DNA from: Candidatus Nomurabacteria bacterium
GTDB taxonomy: Bacteria; Patescibacteriota; Minisyncoccia; Phycocordibacterales; UBA5272
Direction of reading: 5' to 3'
DNA: 64,000 bases
Assembly (NCBI GenBank): GCA_028286645.1
Contig: JAQBRF010000004.1
Span: 205,192-269,191 of the forward strand
Part shown: positions 59,917 to 64,000 of the stretch, piece by piece
Layout: every line of letters starts with the position of its first letter
Numbering within the stretch: position 1 is the stretch's first letter
Translations under genes and position numbers: made by a program
The notes under the pieces: generated by a model
The model's database searches: none
Told to the model about the DNA's origin: nothing
The model's input: the letters and a program-made list of their open reading frames with translations, nothing else

Positions 59917-60146
59917 ACATTATGAGGGGACAAATCCTCATTATTTTTAAGATGACAAACTACACTGGGGACTGCCCCCACTATATAGTTTACGCTTCTT
60001 TTAAATTATGCAAAGAGATCTAAAAAGGGTTGATTTATAAACATATTCCTTTTGATCATCTGGCCTATAACCATCCTGTAATCGGTTGAATATTCCCATT
60101 TTGTAATCTTCCATCCAAATACATCTACTATTAAACTTAACAATAT

Positions 60147-60308
60147 TTAATACATATTTATGTATCCGACCCAAATGCCTATAAATCCGCCCGCCGCAGC
60201 CAGTACTACACCGGAAAGCGAAAATAGATTTGCTCCCCATAAGCTAGGAATGAATCCTCCAATAGTCGAACCTATAATCATTCCCCACCAGATTGCGCCT
60301 TTTTGCAT
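60147..60308 (-). CDS. Small Gly-rich membrane protein (not in ORF track)
   Basis: MQKGAIWWGMIIGSTIGGFIPSLWGANLFSLSGVVLAAAGGFIGIWVGYINMY. Confidence 0.75.
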   Translation of the reverse strand: MQKGAIWWGMIIGSTIGGFIPSLWGANLFSLSGVVLAAAGGFIGIWVGYINMY

Positions 60309-60310
60309 GT

Positions 60311-60937
60311 TTAATTTATTAATTTCTCTAATTCTTCGACGGTATCAGCGATTCCTATTAAATTATCATGATCTTCGCATTCAAAAAAACTTCTATCATG
60401 TCCACCCCATGTAACTGCGATAGTCGGGATACCTGCTTTATCAGATTCCCGTAGGTCTCCCAACGTATCCGTGACGAAAATCATATCACTCCCTTTTACA
60501 TTATACCTTTTCTCCATAATCTTAAACTTTTCAAGTTTACTTTTTGAGATTTCTGCAGTACCAATATAATCAAAATAAGATATAATGTCTGAATTTTTTA
60601 ACAATGGAAGAGTATTTCTTTCATAGGCTGAAGTATTTATGACGATAGTCCATTCAGATGAGTGTAATCTTTTTAATAACTCCTTAATTCCTGGAAAAAG
60701 TACTGCTTCTGATTTCATTTTCGAAAAAGCCAGCCGATTGATTTGTATTTCTTCTTCAGTGTGCTTAAGCTGAGTAAAAGGAATCTTGAGTAATTCCTCG
60801 TGGAAATTTCCACTCATTAATTTCTTTGAGTATTCTTCTGTCATGTCAGGGTAAACTTTTTTGAAAGATTCATAGACGAGTTTTACTGTATCGAACAAGA
60901 CACCATCCATATCAAATATAACCACCTTTTTAGACAT
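60311..60937 (-). CDS. HAD-family hydrolase
   Basis: FDMDGVLFDT; FVTDTLGD. Confidence 0.9.
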   Translation of the reverse strand: MSKKVVIFDMDGVLFDTVKLVYESFKKVYPDMTEEYSKKLMSGNFHEELLKIPFTQLKHTEEEIQINRLAFSKMKSEAVLFPGIKELLKRLHSSEWTIVINTSAYERNTLPLLKNSDIISYFDYIGTAEISKSKLEKFKIMEKRYNVKGSDMIFVTDTLGDLRESDKAGIPTIAVTWGGHDRSFFECEDHDNLIGIADTVEELEKLIN

Positions 60938-61011
60938 GGAAAGATTATAGCATGCACATACTTATGCATTAATTATTCAAATTGTTTGTTTACACCTCTA
61001 ACTTAATTAAA

Positions 61012-61680
61012 TTATTTTAAGTTCTTCTTAAGAAATTCCAGAGTCTTATTCCATGCGTCTTCGGTTTCTTTCGGGGCAAATTGTGGATTTGATGGATTGG
61101 CAAATGCATGATCAACTCCAGGATAGATGGTTATATCATTTTCAATTCCTAATTCATCTAAGTTTTTCTTAAACTCCTCCACATGCTCTGGTGTGATATG
61201 GCCGTCGTTTCCTGCAAATATACCAAGTACCGGCCATTTTATTCTTGATAACTCTTCTTTATCCGCAACTAATCGACCATAATATATTACTGTTCCATTC
61301 ATCTGCTCCCCTGAAGTAGCAAGTTTTAGAGACTGCGCCCCTCCAAAACACCATCCAATAGAACCCACTTTATGAGCGCCTTTTTCTCGCAAATATGCAA
61401 CTGCGGCACGCATGTTCTCTATACCCTCTCCTTGGTCAAATTTAGCCATTAGAGCCATGCCTTCTGCTACTGTGGGTACTGTTTCTCCTTGGAATAAATC
61501 TATCGCTAGGACCAAATATCCCTCTTCGGCGAGTTTTTCCGCGTACTCCTTAATACCTTCATTTAACCCTCTATTTTCATGTATCATTACCACACCTCCA
61601 TATGAGCCTTCCTTGTTAGGGCTCGCTAAATACCCATTTATATTTTTAAAGTAATTAACCTCTTCTGTTTTTATTTCCAT
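61012..61680 (-). CDS. Dienelactone hydrolase family protein
   Basis: IHENRGLN; GWCFGG; HAFAN. Confidence 0.92.
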   Translation of the reverse strand: MEIKTEEVNYFKNINGYLASPNKEGSYGGVVMIHENRGLNEGIKEYAEKLAEEGYLVLAIDLFQGETVPTVAEGMALMAKFDQGEGIENMRAAVAYLREKGAHKVGSIGWCFGGAQSLKLATSGEQMNGTVIYYGRLVADKEELSRIKWPVLGIFAGNDGHITPEHVEEFKKNLDELGIENDITIYPGVDHAFANPSNPQFAPKETEDAWNKTLEFLKKNLK

Positions 61681-61681
61681 A

Positions 61682-61999
61682 TTATTTATATTTATCATTA
61701 ATGTAATCCAAGAAATCTTTTCCTCTCATCCCGATCAGCTCAGCCATTCTTAATGTATTTCCAAGAGATTTGTTTAAATCTGATTTTAAATTTTCTATTT
61801 TTAATGTTCCTCCGTGATTAACGTCTTCAATGATCGCCGCAATTTTACCTGCCGTTTTAGAGAAATGTAAGGAAAGATGATTTATGGCAAAAGCTTTTAT
61901 CTCTTCTTCAGACATGCTTTTTACGGGAGGATAGGAGGCTTCCTGAAATTTATATTTTTCAGATATTTTTTGTATAAGCTCATCTAAAGTTGCTTCCAT
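61682..61999 (-). CDS. Hypothetical helical protein (MazG-like)
   Basis: 105-aa ORF in an operon with the hydrolase. Confidence 0.6.
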   Translation of the reverse strand: MEATLDELIQKISEKYKFQEASYPPVKSMSEEEIKAFAINHLSLHFSKTAGKIAAIIEDVNHGGTLKIENLKSDLNKSLGNTLRMAELIGMRGKDFLDYINDKYK

Positions 62000-62142
62000 A
62001 AATTTGTATTTATTAATTTGTTACTTTACCGTACTTATTAATAATATTGCATATAGTAAAACCTTGCAATATGATTTTACTAAATTGATTACTTATAGTA
62101 GTGTATTAGAAACCCTTAGGGAACAGATAAAAGGACCTCAAC

Positions 62143-62301
62143 ATGCAAGATGCACCTGACGAAAACCTGCCAGTGAAGAATCTGTGCAATTGTCCCAAAG
62201 GCGGAAAATGCAAGGAGCTCGAAAATTGCCGCATAGAGCATGAACTTCCGCCCTGGGAAAGAACCCGCCCCCACCCTACCCCCATCCACTGTGTGGCGTG
62301 A
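62143..62301 (+). CDS. Small Cys-rich GC-rich protein (solo unit; not in ORF track)
   Basis: SD AAGGA; MQDAPDENLPVKNLCNCPKGGKCKELENC...; terminator AATGTCTCC-GAAA-GGAGACATT at 62318-62341. Confidence 0.6.
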   Translation: MQDAPDENLPVKNLCNCPKGGKCKELENCRIEHELPPWERTRPHPTPIHCVA

Positions 62302-62341
62302 AGGGATGGTTCCCATCAATGTCTCCGAAAGGAGACATTTT

Positions 62342-62920
62342 CTATTTCATCCATTTGGATTTAATATATTTATTCGTAAACCAGTTTATTAAGATTATAA
62401 GCAAGATCACGACAAGAGCTATTATTTGAATTTTGACAGCCGTGCTTTTTATTGATGCCACTCCCAGATGCAGGCCTTTAAGTAGGAAATAAAATACCCA
62501 AAACCAAATAGCTGCACCTGCTAAAATCGCTCCTTGGAATTTCCAAAAGTTTAATTTATGAATTCCGGCTAACAGCTGACTGGCTATCCTTGTACCGTAC
62601 ACAAACTTGGCCAGAAAAACCATTTTAATTCCATGTTTCTCATAAAATTTAGAAAATCTCTCCGCCTCACTAACTCTGTTTTTTATAAAACTCCATTTAT
62701 ATAATTTATCTTTCCCATAATGTAACCGTATAAAATACCAGATGGCATCCGCAAGTATTGCAGAAATCAGCACGGCGATAAATAAGTAATAAATATTTAA
62801 TGAGCCCAGTATGCTTAGATACATCACAGGTAAAAGCACTGCGCCTCCCAGGAAAATCAAGAGTATGCAAAAAGCCGGGTAGAAATAGAACGGATTTAAT
62901 TGGGAAATTAAATCAAGCAT
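62342..62920 (-). CDS. DedA family membrane protein
   Basis: LADAIWY; AKFVYGTR. Confidence 0.8.
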   Translation of the reverse strand: MLDLISQLNPFYFYPAFCILLIFLGGAVLLPVMYLSILGSLNIYYLFIAVLISAILADAIWYFIRLHYGKDKLYKWSFIKNRVSEAERFSKFYEKHGIKMVFLAKFVYGTRIASQLLAGIHKLNFWKFQGAILAGAAIWFWVFYFLLKGLHLGVASIKSTAVKIQIIALVVILLIILINWFTNKYIKSKWMK

Positions 62921-62964
62921 ATATTTATCCTATCATGGGTTTATATAAGTGATATAATTAAGTC

Positions 62965-63315
62965 ATGAACACATATAAAGGTGCCTGCCACTGCAAAGCG
63001 GTGACATATGAAGTGGATACAAATTTAGAAAAAGTAATTAGTTGTAACTGCTCTCATTGTTATATAAAAGGCCTTGTTCTTTCTTTTGTTTCTACTGACC
63101 AATTCAAGCTTTCGTCCAGCGAAGGAAATCTTACAGAATATTTATTTAATAAGAAAAAAATCCACCACCTTTTCTGTAATATTTGCGGAGTAGAATCTTT
63201 TGCCAGAGGTGTGGGTCCAAATGGTGAAGAAATGATAGCGATAAATGTGCGATGTCTTGATGGAGTCGATTTAGATCAGATTGAAATCACAAAAGTTGAT
63301 GGAAAGAAATACTAA
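62965..63315 (+). CDS. GFA family protein
   Basis: GACHC; CNCSHC; FCNICG. Confidence 0.92.
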   Translation: MNTYKGACHCKAVTYEVDTNLEKVISCNCSHCYIKGLVLSFVSTDQFKLSSSEGNLTEYLFNKKKIHHLFCNICGVESFARGVGPNGEEMIAINVRCLDGVDLDQIEITKVDGKKY

Positions 63316-63335
63316 TTATAATATTCTTTAGATAA

Positions 63336-64000
63336 TTACTTAATTTGCATGGAAGGATTGTTTGGCGCCCTGTCATAGGATTTATTAAATAACATGTTCC
63401 TTTCTTGTTCGTTTATTTCTTTCACGATATCTGCCATTATCGTCTTTTCTTTGCGAACACCTTGTATAAATACCTTATCATTAACTGTTAGCCCGTCACT
63501 CGACATTATTTCCGTACTAGAGGAAACTATTACTTCGAATGATTCATTTCTAGGAGTAATTATAAATATATTTCGATCGTCGATACTTTGGATTTCACCA
63601 GCAATACCATTATGCATCTCTGGATCTGCAAACCCTTCGTAAAGAGATTTTATTGGCTTAAAGTTATGTCCTCTCTCATAAATCTTCTTGTGCAGATCGA
63701 AGCTCGATACTATAGCAGAAACTGCAATTACCAAAATAATAATTCCTAAGAAAACATAAAGTGTTGGGGTGCGATAAGTAAACGCTGCAGATCGGGAAAG
63801 TAAAAGTGTGGAAACTATGCCAATAATAACAAGCAACAAAAGTACCCATGGAAGGCTATTTAATATGGTCATAATACCGAAGAACTTTGATCCGCTTAAA
63901 AGCGTAAACCCGCTGGCTTGTAATGCAAATAGAATAAAACTGCTTAAATAAAGAATTGCTAAAAGCAAAACTAGCACAAAAGCCGCATATATGATGTTTC
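63336..64000 (-). CDS. Membrane protein with C-terminal OB-like domain (5'-truncated by window edge)
   Basis: TM segments with LPW motif; frame appears open to the window end. Confidence 0.7.
   Translation of the reverse strand, partial: NIIYAAFVLVLLLAILYLSSFILFALQASGFTLLSGSKFFGIMTILNSLPWVLLLLVIIGIVSTLLLSRSAAFTYRTPTLYVFLGIIILVIAVSAIVSSFDLHKKIYERGHNFKPIKSLYEGFADPEMHNGIAGEIQSIDDRNIFIITPRNESFEVIVSSSTEIMSSDGLTVNDKVFIQGVRKEKTIMADIVKEINEQERNMLFNKSYDRAPNNPSMQIK

Noticed and set aside
1-64000. Alternative genetic code (UGA recoding)
   Set aside because: Conserved genes are full length in code 11, and TGA ends genes sensibly (e.g. 22027)

Overview
AT-rich bacterial chromosome segment read in genetic code 11. 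Gene content and style (small, mostly leaderless genes; DUF5667, DUF2914; ECF sigma cluster) suggest Patescibacteria/CPR, probably Parcubacteria; this is inference. Housekeeping genes include dnaX, dus, ftsQ-like, serS, tRNA-Gln and tRNA-Ala, plus a Ku/LigD NHEJ operon, cfa and a ClpG-like disaggregase. Two tRNA-linked mobile regions are present. One is an HUH Rep with a HEPN-motif gene beside tRNA-Gln. The other is a ~6.7 kb serine-recombinase island in tRNA-Ala carrying an HpaII-like R-M system, Vsr and structured RNAs. Main observations: (1) the recombinase gene is split by its own att site, so excision would swap an 8-aa tRNA-derived tail for a 33-aa in-frame C-terminus parked at the far end of the island; (2) about 15 GC-rich single-gene units, most with their own promoter, SD and terminator, are scattered among AT-rich leaderless host genes; (3) an RNA with mutually exclusive folds lies in the island; (4) 34-bp palindromic direct repeats flank a single gene; (5) a candidate ECF promoter motif is shared by the sigma gene, its neighbour and the NHEJ operon. 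All family assignments come from motif recognition by eye, not database searches.
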